A stretch of 64,000 nucleotides of DNA from a virus. Shown piece after piece: positions 1 through 9,137 of this stretch. The stretch covers positions 1 to 64,000 of the IMG/VR virus record IMGVR_UViG_3300038678_000291; one strand, 5' to 3'. The position numbers and the translations under genes are program-made. Under the pieces are notes generated by a model, which saw only the letters and a program-made list of their open reading frames with translations, had not been told where the DNA came from and did not search any database. The first letter of the stretch is position 1, and each line of letters opens with the position of its first letter.

Positions 1-1149
1 ACATTTTTGAAAATTCCCCCAGGAACCTATCTGTTTTCCAATTTGTCACTTGGAGAAAGTTTTGAGGGAAAGGGAATAATCGGATATGGCCGTGAGGCTA
101 CAATTTTAGAGCATACAGGATCAGCACATGCTATTGATATGAACAAGACGGCAGGTGCTGCCATTACTGGAGTAATGTTGAAGGATTTTGAACTTGATGT
201 GGATGCAGACACGGTTCATGGCATTTATCTAAACAAATATTCCAGAACCCTCGTTGAAAATATTTATATCAAAAATGAATCTGGCGATCAGCAAACCGGC
301 GATGCGATAAAATTTAACACCGATTGCTTTAGCAGTATTGTCAGGGAAGTATCCATCGCATATCCCAGTAATTACGGCATTTATATCGGGGATAATTGTG
401 GAAACATAAAAATAACGGCGGATGTGTCACATGCTGGGGTGGCTGGTTTTTATCAAACTGGTACTTCTTACGGAATACGATATATAAGTCCTTCTGCTCA
501 AAGTTGCGATATTGGGTTTTTAATTGACAGCGGGCAGCAAACCAGTTTCATTGCCCCGTATTTTGAGGGCACCGTCAACGAGCTTTTTTATTTCAGGGGG
601 AATGACGCTACCCCCAACAGAAATACCATAATCGGAATAAGTGACTCTAGCACTGATGGGATAAAAATAGATAAGGCCAGTTGGCTGACCATTATAGGGG
701 GAAAGATACATGACCTTCTTATTACGAATACATACCCAGGGAGCGTGGGAGATATATTTTTATTTAATGTGTATATTGCTGGTACTATTACTGATAATCA
801 AGGGGTTTTACAACGATGTAAACGGGGGTTCTTCCTGAAAAACAGCACCCCAACTTCTGGGATTTTAACTTCTAATGTCACAACTGATGCTAACCTTAGA
901 TTCCGAATTGAAGCAGATGGAAAGGTTAAGTGGGGGGATGGATCAGCTGCACAGGATACTAACCTTTATCGTAATGCCGCAAATGTATTAAAAACTGACG
1001 ATAAACTGATAACGAATGTTGGTCTTGGCGTAGGTAATTCTGTAGCAAACACTAATACACCAAGTGGAGCAACCGCAAAGGCAGTTGAAGTTTTTGACGC
1101 CAGCGGTAATTCTATTGGTTATATCCCTGTATATGCAGCCGAATGGTAG
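1..1149 (+). CDS. Tail fibre/tailspike-like beta-helix protein (5'-truncated by window edge)
   Basis: KIPPGTY...GIIGYG...TIL pectate-lyase-like start, I/G/N-rich right-handed beta-helix pattern, short C-terminal ...IGYIPVY domain; frame open to window start. Confidence 0.7.
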   Translation, partial: TFLKIPPGTYLFSNLSLGESFEGKGIIGYGREATILEHTGSAHAIDMNKTAGAAITGVMLKDFELDVDADTVHGIYLNKYSRTLVENIYIKNESGDQQTGDAIKFNTDCFSSIVREVSIAYPSNYGIYIGDNCGNIKITADVSHAGVAGFYQTGTSYGIRYISPSAQSCDIGFLIDSGQQTSFIAPYFEGTVNELFYFRGNDATPNRNTIIGISDSSTDGIKIDKASWLTIIGGKIHDLLITNTYPGSVGDIFLFNVYIAGTITDNQGVLQRCKRGFFLKNSTPTSGILTSNVTTDANLRFRIEADGKVKWGDGSAAQDTNLYRNAANVLKTDDKLITNVGLGVGNSVANTNTPSGATAKAVEVFDASGNSIGYIPVYAAEW

Positions 1150-1261
1150 AATGCTTTTGCTGAAGGTGATATTGTCAGCATGGATATTAACCAAATTGCT
1201 ACCAGTGCAGCGGATTTGAATATAATTTGCAGGTAAACCATCTTTAAAAGGAGGTAGAATC

Positions 1262-1723
1262 ATGGCAGGATGGACAAACAAAGGAAAAATGAGGGCTGGG
1301 TTGGAGGGTTATTTTCGGGCAGTGGCTACTCCAACGAATCTGTATGTAGCACTGGTAACTTCGGCTAGTGCTCCTGATGCTGATACAAATACCTTAAGCG
1401 ATCTGACTGAGATTACTGCTGGTAATGGATATACTACTGGTGGGTATCAGCTTACTCCAGGAGCTACTGATTTTGATGTGCTGACCGAGGATGATACTAA
1501 TGATCGGGCATTGATTCAGATTAAAGATATTGTCTGGACAGCCAGTGGAGGGTCAATCCCGTCAGCAGGCGGTGGGGCTAGGTATGCGGTGTTGATTGAT
1601 GATAATGCCACTGTAGCCGACCGTGAGGTACTGGCCTATTGGGATTTGACTTCTGACCGTACCGTCAGTGACGGCCAAACTTTGACCTTACAGGATTGCG
1701 AGTTAAGGCTGAACGAGAGTTAG
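1262..1723 (+). CDS. Phage virion (tail accessory) protein
   Basis: GGAGG RBS; LYVALVT...EIT.GNGYTTGG...I.WTASGGSI motif typical of small phage structural proteins. Confidence 0.65.
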   Translation: MAGWTNKGKMRAGLEGYFRAVATPTNLYVALVTSASAPDADTNTLSDLTEITAGNGYTTGGYQLTPGATDFDVLTEDDTNDRALIQIKDIVWTASGGSIPSAGGGARYAVLIDDNATVADREVLAYWDLTSDRTVSDGQTLTLQDCELRLNES

Positions 1724-1737
1724 GATTGGGGAAAATG

Positions 1738-1763
1738 GAGGGGGCTGAATTTTCAGTCCCCTC
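1738..1763 (+). terminator. GC-rich hairpin, possible terminator or mRNA stabiliser
   Basis: GAGGGGGCTGAA-TT-TTCAGTCCCCTC directly after a stop codon; similar to the hairpin at 57216-57241. Confidence 0.45.
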
Positions 1764-1785
1764 TAAAAGCAAAGGAATTGTCTAT

Positions 1786-2304
1786 ATGAGAAAAATGAGT
1801 TACGATAGTGTGCAAAAAATTGCCAGGGCAGCCGACGGGAGTCTGCGTGATGCTACTACTATGTTTGAGCAAGTTTTGTCTGGCTGTAGCGATCAAGACA
1901 GAATAGAAGGGAAAGATGTAGATCGGATATTAGGAATAACAGATGGGAAGATGGTGGAAAACATGGCTATTGCCATATTGTCTCAAAACGGAGCCCTGGT
2001 TATTGAACAAACAAAAGAATTAATGAACAAGGGGGAGAATCTGGTTTATTTTGCTCAACAACTAATGAAATATTTTAGAAATTTGTTACTATTAAAACTA
2101 TGCGAAAAAACTGATGATTTGCTGGAAATAACCGACAAGGAGTTGAGGGTGTTGAAGTATCAGGCTGATGAGGTGTCTACCCCAAAATTGATTCAGTTGA
2201 TTGAAATTATGTTGGAAAACGAGGGACTTCTCCGGCAAGCATTAAACACTCAGATAATGCTGGAAGTAATATTACTCAAATTATCGGGATTATCATGTCA
2301 TTAG
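1786..2304 (+). CDS. DnaX (DNA pol III gamma/tau)-like lid plus collar fragment lacking the ATPase domain
   Basis: IARAADGSLRDATTMFEQ matches the DnaX sensor-2 GSxRDA motif; YFRNLLLLK and IMLEVILLKL match the collar; ATG 1786 follows AAAGGA. Confidence 0.75.
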   Translation: MRKMSYDSVQKIARAADGSLRDATTMFEQVLSGCSDQDRIEGKDVDRILGITDGKMVENMAIAILSQNGALVIEQTKELMNKGENLVYFAQQLMKYFRNLLLLKLCEKTDDLLEITDKELRVLKYQADEVSTPKLIQLIEIMLENEGLLRQALNTQIMLEVILLKLSGLSCH

Positions 2305-2361
2305 GATTACCAAATATGGTGGCTGCATAGATCAAGAAAGAAACCTAACAAGGAGAATCTA

Positions 2362-2736
2362 ATGGCCGAACTTCTCATAAAAGCAATAGATGCAACTCAC
2401 TCTGACCCCGTTAAGGATAAAGCTGGATGCTATAAGCGGGGAGATATAGTTGTAATTATGCCTGATGGACACGAGTGGGGTAAAGAAGAGAGGTTGCCCA
2501 AATTTATGGTAGTTAAAATACCTGGTATGTCTGTTGCTGAAGCCCGGAAATACATTGAGGGCGAAATTAATGATACTAACCCTGATAATATAATTACGAT
2601 AACTCGCAGAAAGCATAGTTTTCTCGTTGATGATACCCCGTCAAATATCAAGGATGAGCTCAATACTAAAGGTGAAATAACTGTAACCTGGGATGAGATT
2701 AAGGGTTTTGTTCAGGATAAACTAACAAAAACCTAG
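2362..2736 (+). CDS. Hypothetical phage protein
   Basis: AAGGAG RBS, co-oriented in the structural operon. Confidence 0.6.
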   Translation: MAELLIKAIDATHSDPVKDKAGCYKRGDIVVIMPDGHEWGKEERLPKFMVVKIPGMSVAEARKYIEGEINDTNPDNIITITRRKHSFLVDDTPSNIKDELNTKGEITVTWDEIKGFVQDKLTKT

Positions 2737-2749
2737 AAAGGGAAATGTT

Positions 2750-3121
2750 ATGGCAATTGCCAAGACAAGAACAGACCTAATTGGTACTTCGGTTTCTAAA
2801 ACTACGATTACTGCGGGTAGTTCCAGTACATCAGCATCAAAGGATTGCTCAACCTTTGTTGGTATTCAGATAGGAGGAGGCATAGATTTTGGGGGAACGC
2901 CAGATGATGATGTATTGGTGGAAGTGCTTAGTTCGCCAGATGATACCAATTTTGATACTATAGCCATGCCACCATTTAAAATTGGTTTTTTGGCCTCTAG
3001 CACAGTGCAAAAAACAATCAGGATCGGGCCGGAGGATAAATACCTGAAGGTAAAAACAACCAATGAGGATTCTACTGATAGTATAGATGCTTGGTTATTT
3101 TTGATGGGGATGACCACTTAG
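2750..3121 (+). CDS. Probable virion protein (beta-sandwich)
   Basis: T/S/G-rich beta pattern, tight operon spacing. Confidence 0.55.
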   Translation: MAIAKTRTDLIGTSVSKTTITAGSSSTSASKDCSTFVGIQIGGGIDFGGTPDDDVLVEVLSSPDDTNFDTIAMPPFKIGFLASSTVQKTIRIGPEDKYLKVKTTNEDSTDSIDAWLFLMGMTT

Positions 3122-3134
3122 GGAGGGAAATGTT

Positions 3135-3515
3135 ATGGCAAAGCTGGATGCACAATGGGAACTAACAGATATAACCAAGGGGAAGGCTAACATTAGCATA
3201 ACCCTTTCTTTTGTTACCGAATTTGGTAGCAAGGGATTTTGTGTTGCTTCTAAACCTGCCGAAGAAAAGGATGGTGTAGAAATACTAACTAATCATTTCG
3301 TGGAGGTAATAAAGGGATATATGAGAAGATGTTGTTTTAGCGAAAAAGATATTAAAAAAGCTCCTCCAGGTAAATATGAATTTATTCAGAAGTTGAGAAC
3401 CATATGGGAAGAGAAGGGATATGTGTTTGGCTTTGATCCTGAGGAAATGCCTATAATACCGCCTGGCGAGATAAGAGAAATTTCTGCACTGCTATCTAAA
3501 GCATTGACTACATAA
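3135..3515 (+). CDS. Hypothetical protein
   Basis: GGAGG RBS; shares the GGGAAATGTTATGGCA start context with the previous gene. Confidence 0.55.
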   Translation: MAKLDAQWELTDITKGKANISITLSFVTEFGSKGFCVASKPAEEKDGVEILTNHFVEVIKGYMRRCCFSEKDIKKAPPGKYEFIQKLRTIWEEKGYVFGFDPEEMPIIPPGEIREISALLSKALTT

Positions 3516-3525
3516 GGAGACCAAA

Positions 3526-4014
3526 ATGGCAATAACATGGGAACTGGTGAGTTTAACAAAGACAGAGGATATGATTACTTTTGCCATTCATTCAACTGAG
3601 AAGATTGTCAAAAGTATAAGCAGTATAACTTATTCAAACGGTACTGCATTAGTAACCACCGGAACAGATCATGGCCTAAAGACATCCCAAGAAGTAAAAA
3701 TTGCTGGTGCAAACGAGAGTGAGTATAATGGTATATTTCAAGTTACGGTTTTAAGCGTAACCACGTTTGAATATGCCGTGGTTGGAACACCATCAACGCC
3801 TGCTACTGGTACAATTGTTGTAGGATATCAAGAAGTTATCTCTTATGCAGAAAAATTTAATTCTACGGAGGGAGATGGAGATGACAAGGCGAAAGCCCGC
3901 TTAAAGGGTACTATTAATGCCGCCAGGAGTAATAAAACAGATGCCGATACAATTGAATTAGCGGTGAAAACGACTTTAGACTTGGCTAATTTTGAAACTT
4001 ACTTGGGAACATAA
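3526..4014 (+). CDS. Virion protein with an FCCH-like beta-barrel (HGL..G..V.I.G...YNG motif)
   Basis: TGTDHGLKTSQEVKIAGANESEYNGIFQVTV..TTFEY. Confidence 0.65.
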   Translation: MAITWELVSLTKTEDMITFAIHSTEKIVKSISSITYSNGTALVTTGTDHGLKTSQEVKIAGANESEYNGIFQVTVLSVTTFEYAVVGTPSTPATGTIVVGYQEVISYAEKFNSTEGDGDDKAKARLKGTINAARSNKTDADTIELAVKTTLDLANFETYLGT

Positions 4015-4016
4015 TC

Positions 4017-4706
4017 ATGCACCCAGACGCATATCCTTTTCAGATACCCTTGCAACATCCATCAGATGATGACTTGGTATTGCATCTGCCATACCAAGAA
4101 GGAACTGGAGGGGTAGTTTTTGATTTATCTGGCAATGAGAACCACGGTATCCTTGAAAGCCCGGCTTGGATGCCTGGCAATGATGGGTGGGCGTTGAATT
4201 TCATTGCTTCTGACCCAGACAATATAACGATTTCGAAAGAAAGCGAAATAATTACAGGGACGCATGATTGGACACTAGCGATATGGGTTAAGCCTACAAC
4301 GAATCCTGCGGTAGCTTGCATGGGACTACAATGGCAATCAGAATCAGGGCGGAATGATTATTTGATGGCAGGGGTGGTGGCAACAATGGTAGTTGCTGTT
4401 TATCATCCAGGCGAGGTCAAACTCGTGTCTGATGTTGCAAATGCAATTGACATTGGTGTTTGGCAGCAATTTGCGCTAACAAGAAATGGTGACAATTATG
4501 CTTTATACAAAAACGGACTTGAAATAAGCACTGGAAATCCGGCGGGAGTAGATTTTGGGTCAGGGCCGCCTTTTACTGATTATAAAATAGGAAGTTACGT
4601 TACCGGTTCTCAGGCTTTTGATGGTTTACATGGTGGGGAGTCTGTTTGGCAGCGTGCACTCTCTGCTGATGAAGTCATGCGACTTTATGAAGAAACCAGA
4701 TCATGA
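4017..4706 (+). CDS. LamG/concanavalin A-like domain virion protein
   Basis: EGTG...DLSGN.NHG, WT.AIWVKP, WQQFALT, LYKNG, RALSADEV. Confidence 0.85.
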   Translation: MHPDAYPFQIPLQHPSDDDLVLHLPYQEGTGGVVFDLSGNENHGILESPAWMPGNDGWALNFIASDPDNITISKESEIITGTHDWTLAIWVKPTTNPAVACMGLQWQSESGRNDYLMAGVVATMVVAVYHPGEVKLVSDVANAIDIGVWQQFALTRNGDNYALYKNGLEISTGNPAGVDFGSGPPFTDYKIGSYVTGSQAFDGLHGGESVWQRALSADEVMRLYEETRS

Positions 4707-6136
4707 AATATCTTAATCCACAATGGAATTTATTGCCAGCAGTCGCTGAAGAAGAGGGGGTAACTGTAACCCCAAACCCTGTGTCTTGTATTGCAGCTAC
4801 CCTTATTGGCGGCATTATTTTAGGCAGCGTTGCTGTTACCCCCGCCCCCGCCTCAACTATCGCAGAAAGAGTCAATCCTGCCGTTATTCAAAGTAGTATT
4901 TCTGTTACTCCTTCACCTTCCGCATGTATCGCTACTGGTGTTGACCCCATTGTAATTGCGGGTAGCCTTAATATTACTCCAACCCCAGTTAGCCTGGTAG
5001 CTGCTAAGGTTGACCCTATCGTTGTCTTGGGCAGTACATCAGTTACACCATCACCCATTAGTTGTATAGCTTCGGTAGTTGATCCAATTGTAATTGAGGG
5101 TGGAGTAGCCGTAACTCCCGCTCCCGTTAGTTGCATCGCTGAAATAGTTAACCCTACCGTTATTCTTGGTTCAGTCAGCTTAACACCTACACAGTCCTAC
5201 TGCGTTGCTGTTAGCGTTGACCCTACCGTTTTTGCTGGTGTAACCGAGGCAATAAAAACAGTTAAATCATCGGGCGGAGACTATACATCCCTCTCTGCGT
5301 TTGACGCAGGGGAACAGCGCAATCTGGTTACCGCTGATGAGATTGCTGTGGCTGAATGCTACGCTTTTGAGGATGGGACGGCTGTTGATATTAATGGCTG
5401 GACTACAGATTCAACTAGATATATTAAAATCTATACTCCCACTTCGGAGAGACATGACGGGAAATGGGATGCTACTGCATATAGATTGTCGTTATCAAAT
5501 CCCTCTGCATATATTCTGATTTTAAGAGAAGATTATATCAGAGTGGAAGGGTTACAATTATACCAGCAAAGCGATACTGCCTCTGGAATTCTTTTGTTAA
5601 TTGCTAACGCAGGAGAGATACAGATTTCTCACAATATTCTAAGGGGAACACCAGCAACTACATCTGGAAGATATATGTTTAATTTGAGTGGTTTCGGGCC
5701 TAATGGAACAGTTAAGATATGGAATAATTTATTTTACGATGGACGCTATGGAATTCGCCATTCTTTCGGTAGTGCAGGTAATACATACATTGTTTACAAT
5801 AATACCGTTGTAGATGTTGAGGCTATTGGAATACAGTTTAGCGATAGCGTAGGTGATGTAACGCTCTATCTTAAGAATAATTTAGTACAGGGAACGGATA
5901 CTAATTATACGGTTTCTAGTTTTACCAGTTTTACGCATTCTAACAATTTATCCGAAGATGCTACCTCACCGGATGCCACCTATCGCAGTAAAGTTGTAAC
6001 CTTCGAGAATGAGGGGGCCGATGATTTTCATTTAGGGTCTGGGGATACTGAGGCAAGGGATAACGGAACAGATTTATCTACTGATCCTGACGGACAACTT
6101 TCCTTCTCAGATGATATAGACGGGGATACCAGATAA
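4703..6136 (+). CDS. Virion protein: ~22-aa VTPxPVSCIA repeats followed by a beta-helix domain
   Basis: Tandem repeats; GGDYTSLSA; NNLFY/YNNT/LKNNL beta-helix; DFHL and terminal DIDGDTR. Confidence 0.75.
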   Translation: MKYLNPQWNLLPAVAEEEGVTVTPNPVSCIAATLIGGIILGSVAVTPAPASTIAERVNPAVIQSSISVTPSPSACIATGVDPIVIAGSLNITPTPVSLVAAKVDPIVVLGSTSVTPSPISCIASVVDPIVIEGGVAVTPAPVSCIAEIVNPTVILGSVSLTPTQSYCVAVSVDPTVFAGVTEAIKTVKSSGGDYTSLSAFDAGEQRNLVTADEIAVAECYAFEDGTAVDINGWTTDSTRYIKIYTPTSERHDGKWDATAYRLSLSNPSAYILILREDYIRVEGLQLYQQSDTASGILLLIANAGEIQISHNILRGTPATTSGRYMFNLSGFGPNGTVKIWNNLFYDGRYGIRHSFGSAGNTYIVYNNTVVDVEAIGIQFSDSVGDVTLYLKNNLVQGTDTNYTVSSFTSFTHSNNLSEDATSPDATYRSKVVTFENEGADDFHLGSGDTEARDNGTDLSTDPDGQLSFSDDIDGDTR

Positions 6137-6137
6137 C

Positions 6138-7028
6138 ATGGCATGGGATATAGGAGCGGATGAATATGTTGTGGGTGGGGTAACTATAACCCCAAGCCCC
6201 GTATCTTGTATCGCAGCGGTTTTAATCAGTGCTGTTGTGTTAGGCAGCGTTGCTGTTGCCCCCTCTCCGGCCTCAGTTATAGCTTCAAGAGTTAATCCTG
6301 CTGTTCAGCTAGGAAGTATTACTGTAAGCCCTAATTCTGTCAGTTGCGTTGCCGCCGGTGTTGACCCTACTGTAATTGAAGTGGCCATCGTTCCTGCTCC
6401 GGTTAGTTGTATCGCCGCTGTCGTTTCTCCAAGTGTTGTTTTGGGTAGCACGGTTGCTTCCCCCACTCCTGTTGATTGCATCGCTGAAAGAATTAATCCT
6501 ACTGTTCAGATAGGGAGTCTTGTTCTTACCACAACCCCATCTAGTTCAGTAGCCGCTAGAGTTGATCCTGCCATTATATTAGGAGCTGTTTCTGTTACCC
6601 CACAGCCGGTTAGTTGTATAGCTTCGGCAGTTGATCCAACTGTTATTCTTGGTAGTATATCAGTCGCCCCGTCACCAGTTGTATGTATTGCGGGCGTGGT
6701 TAACCCTGTCACTGTTTTAGGTTCAATTTCTGTCTCTCCTTCACCATCCAGTTGCATAGCTTCCATTGTCAATCCTATTGTAATTGAGGGTGGAGATATA
6801 ATCATTACCCCCGCATCCGTTAGTTGTATTTCTGGGAGAGTTAACCCTATCATCGTTTTAGGGCCAATCATCATGACCCCCCAGCCAGCTAGGGCAATTG
6901 CTGCTTCTTATGGCCCGACGGTTATAGCCGGTGCAATCAGAATAACTAAGTTGTTTAATGTTTCAGATAGGGTAACTTCTTTTATAGTATCTGGAAGGCA
7001 AACCATATTTAAAGTTTCAACGAGGTAA
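6138..7028 (+). CDS. Virion protein of ~22-aa VTPSPVSCIA..VNP repeats; begins with WDIGADE
   Basis: About a dozen tandem repeats, some near-identical at DNA level to repeats in the upstream gene. Confidence 0.75.
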   Translation: MAWDIGADEYVVGGVTITPSPVSCIAAVLISAVVLGSVAVAPSPASVIASRVNPAVQLGSITVSPNSVSCVAAGVDPTVIEVAIVPAPVSCIAAVVSPSVVLGSTVASPTPVDCIAERINPTVQIGSLVLTTTPSSSVAARVDPAIILGAVSVTPQPVSCIASAVDPTVILGSISVAPSPVVCIAGVVNPVTVLGSISVSPSPSSCIASIVNPIVIEGGDIIITPASVSCISGRVNPIIVLGPIIMTPQPARAIAASYGPTVIAGAIRITKLFNVSDRVTSFIVSGRQTIFKVSTR

Positions 7029-7030
7029 CT

Positions 7031-7336
7031 ATGTCACACAAGTTTAGCTTTGACAAACAACCTGCCGAGAAGCTGACCATTGGAGTGGACTTTGATGATG
7101 ACTTGGCTTCGGGGGAAACAATTTCGACCGCTGCGGTTACGGAAATAGATTTAGCAACCGGGATTGCTCCAGTCTCTACAGTCAAGGATGGTTCAGAAAG
7201 TATCAGTGGTTCGGTTGTATCTCAGAAACTCAAGGCCGGTACAAATGGGAGCAGGTACAAAATTACCATCAGGGCCACCACCGATGCCCCCCATATATTT
7301 GAGGCGGATGTGGTGATGAGCGTGACCGAATTGTAG
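7031..7336 (+). CDS. Small phage fibre/adaptor-like protein
   Basis: F.KQPAE...GVDF...L..GETI...G..G..Y.I motif; last gene of the rightward block. Confidence 0.6.
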   Translation: MSHKFSFDKQPAEKLTIGVDFDDDLASGETISTAAVTEIDLATGIAPVSTVKDGSESISGSVVSQKLKAGTNGSRYKITIRATTDAPHIFEADVVMSVTEL

Positions 7337-8600
7337 GTCTATCCGGGAATATCCTTCTTTGCCATGAGATACCCTCCAATTTGCCCCATTGCGCTGCGTG
7401 TAGTGGCGTGTAAGCGACCTTAAGCTCTTGCCCTGTACCTAACTCTATCTGTACCCCGTTCATGCGTTTAGCCTGCTGGCCGTGATAGCCTAAATCCAGC
7501 ATTACGGGACGGCGCCGCAGCCTTATGGCTACCCGCCCCGTGGTGCCCGAACCGGCAAAAGGGTCAAGTACCCTATCCCCAGGCTTACTTGAACAAAGCA
7601 TCATACGCTCAACCAGCTTTTCGGGGAATGTGCTGTAATGTGCATCGGGATAAGGTTGGGTGGTTATATCCCAAACATCTCCTGGGTTTTTGCCGAGGGG
7701 GTTTACTAAAAGATCGCCATCTTCTGAATAATATCCCGTATGCCTCTTCCTGCTAAATGTAGTTGGCGATTGCCCCGGTACCTGATTCCACTTTTGTTCA
7801 TATTGTGCAATCTCTTTCTCGCTGGCCCGATATTGGGGGGCTTCCCTGCCTTTTCTTTTGGCATCCCTAACCCTTTGGTTGAAGGGCTTAAAGTTGCCTA
7901 TAGATGGTTCCCTCACCGCATCCAGGTCAAAACAATATTTGCCCTGCTTGGTCAGCATAAATATCTTTTCATGCGCCACCCCAAATCTGTCTTTAACGCT
8001 GCTGGGCATGTGGTTACGCTTATACCAGATAATCGTATTGCGAATTATCCACCCTGCTTCCTGGCAGGCTACCACAAATCGCTCAGGGATCAGGCAAAGG
8101 GATTTGGGTTTAATTCTGGTTTTGCTCTGCCGGTATTTTGGCTGGCCTTCTCGTAAACCACCAGGACTATAATCTCCTCCAGCCCCGCCGCTGCCCGCGT
8201 AGGTATCCCCCAAGTTTATCCAACACACCCCATCGTCTTTCAGCACCCTATAACATTCGGCCATGACTTGCATGAGATGGGAGAGGTAAAGTTCGGGGGT
8301 TTTCTCAAGGCCAAGTGAACCTAACCATGCTTCACATTTAAGGCAAACCCCGTTGTGTTTACCGTGGATGTTTTGAACTCCCGCTTTAGTGGCGCCAACT
8401 TTTGCGGACTTGCCGACATATCCGGATTGGCAGGGCTGTTGATATTCATATTGCTCCCATTGGTGTTCACAATCAATGGTGCCACCCCAAACCATATTGG
8501 GTATATCATAACACCTCAAACCCCAATAGGGAGGGCTGGTGATAATACTTTGCACCGATTTTTCCTTCAATGGCATGTATGCTGCGTTAGCCTTAATCAT
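7269..8600 (-). CDS. DNA N4-cytosine/N6-adenine methyltransferase (beta class)
   Basis: ITSPPY motif IV, RVLKDDG..W.NLGD, H...FPE.L, VLDPFAGSGTT motif I. Confidence 0.93.
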   Translation of the reverse strand: MIKANAAYMPLKEKSVQSIITSPPYWGLRCYDIPNMVWGGTIDCEHQWEQYEYQQPCQSGYVGKSAKVGATKAGVQNIHGKHNGVCLKCEAWLGSLGLEKTPELYLSHLMQVMAECYRVLKDDGVCWINLGDTYAGSGGAGGDYSPGGLREGQPKYRQSKTRIKPKSLCLIPERFVVACQEAGWIIRNTIIWYKRNHMPSSVKDRFGVAHEKIFMLTKQGKYCFDLDAVREPSIGNFKPFNQRVRDAKRKGREAPQYRASEKEIAQYEQKWNQVPGQSPTTFSRKRHTGYYSEDGDLLVNPLGKNPGDVWDITTQPYPDAHYSTFPEKLVERMMLCSSKPGDRVLDPFAGSGTTGRVAIRLRRRPVMLDLGYHGQQAKRMNGVQIELGTGQELKVAYTPLHAAQWGKLEGISWQRRIFPDRPTIRSRSSPHPPQIYGGHRWWP

Positions 8601-8762
8601 GGCCTCTCTCTATAGCAGCCCCATCCCTCGGCTAAGTGGCACTTGACTCCCGGCTGTTCAACGGCAAAGTGGAAGCCCAGGGGATAGATATAGGGCACCG
8701 GTGCGTATACGCATAGCAATCTAAAGGCTTCTCTGTCTTCACTGCTGTATCGGCGGTTTTTC

Positions 8763-9137
8763 TCATAATATCTCCACCACCTTAAACCTAATCACCCACA
8801 TGCTACTTCCGTCATTTTGCCAGTCCCTGAATCCGGCCAGGCTCACATCATACGGCATTGATTTGGGCAGCAAGTGCCGATTCTCATTGAGATACCCAAA
8901 TCCCTCTGCCCAGTAATCCGAATTGGGCATCTCAATCATTGGTTCGTATGTGGGATCACAGGTTAACTGAATAATTGCTACCTGCTTACCCCCGAACCGG
9001 GGAGAGCGGTCGTATGCTTTTATCATGTCACCTTTTTTGAACCGGCGAGCGTAATCATCGTTCCATGCTCGGCGGGTACATGTTTTCCGATTAGCAAGCA
9101 AGGCCGGTACTGTATAAGCAAATGATATGATTTTCAT
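8763..9137 (-). CDS. ASCH/PUA-like domain protein
   Basis: IISF......L...KT.TRR, AEGF and W.I.F motifs. Confidence 0.65.
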   Translation of the reverse strand: MKIISFAYTVPALLANRKTCTRRAWNDDYARRFKKGDMIKAYDRSPRFGGKQVAIIQLTCDPTYEPMIEMPNSDYWAEGFGYLNENRHLLPKSMPYDVSLAGFRDWQNDGSSMWVIRFKVVEIL

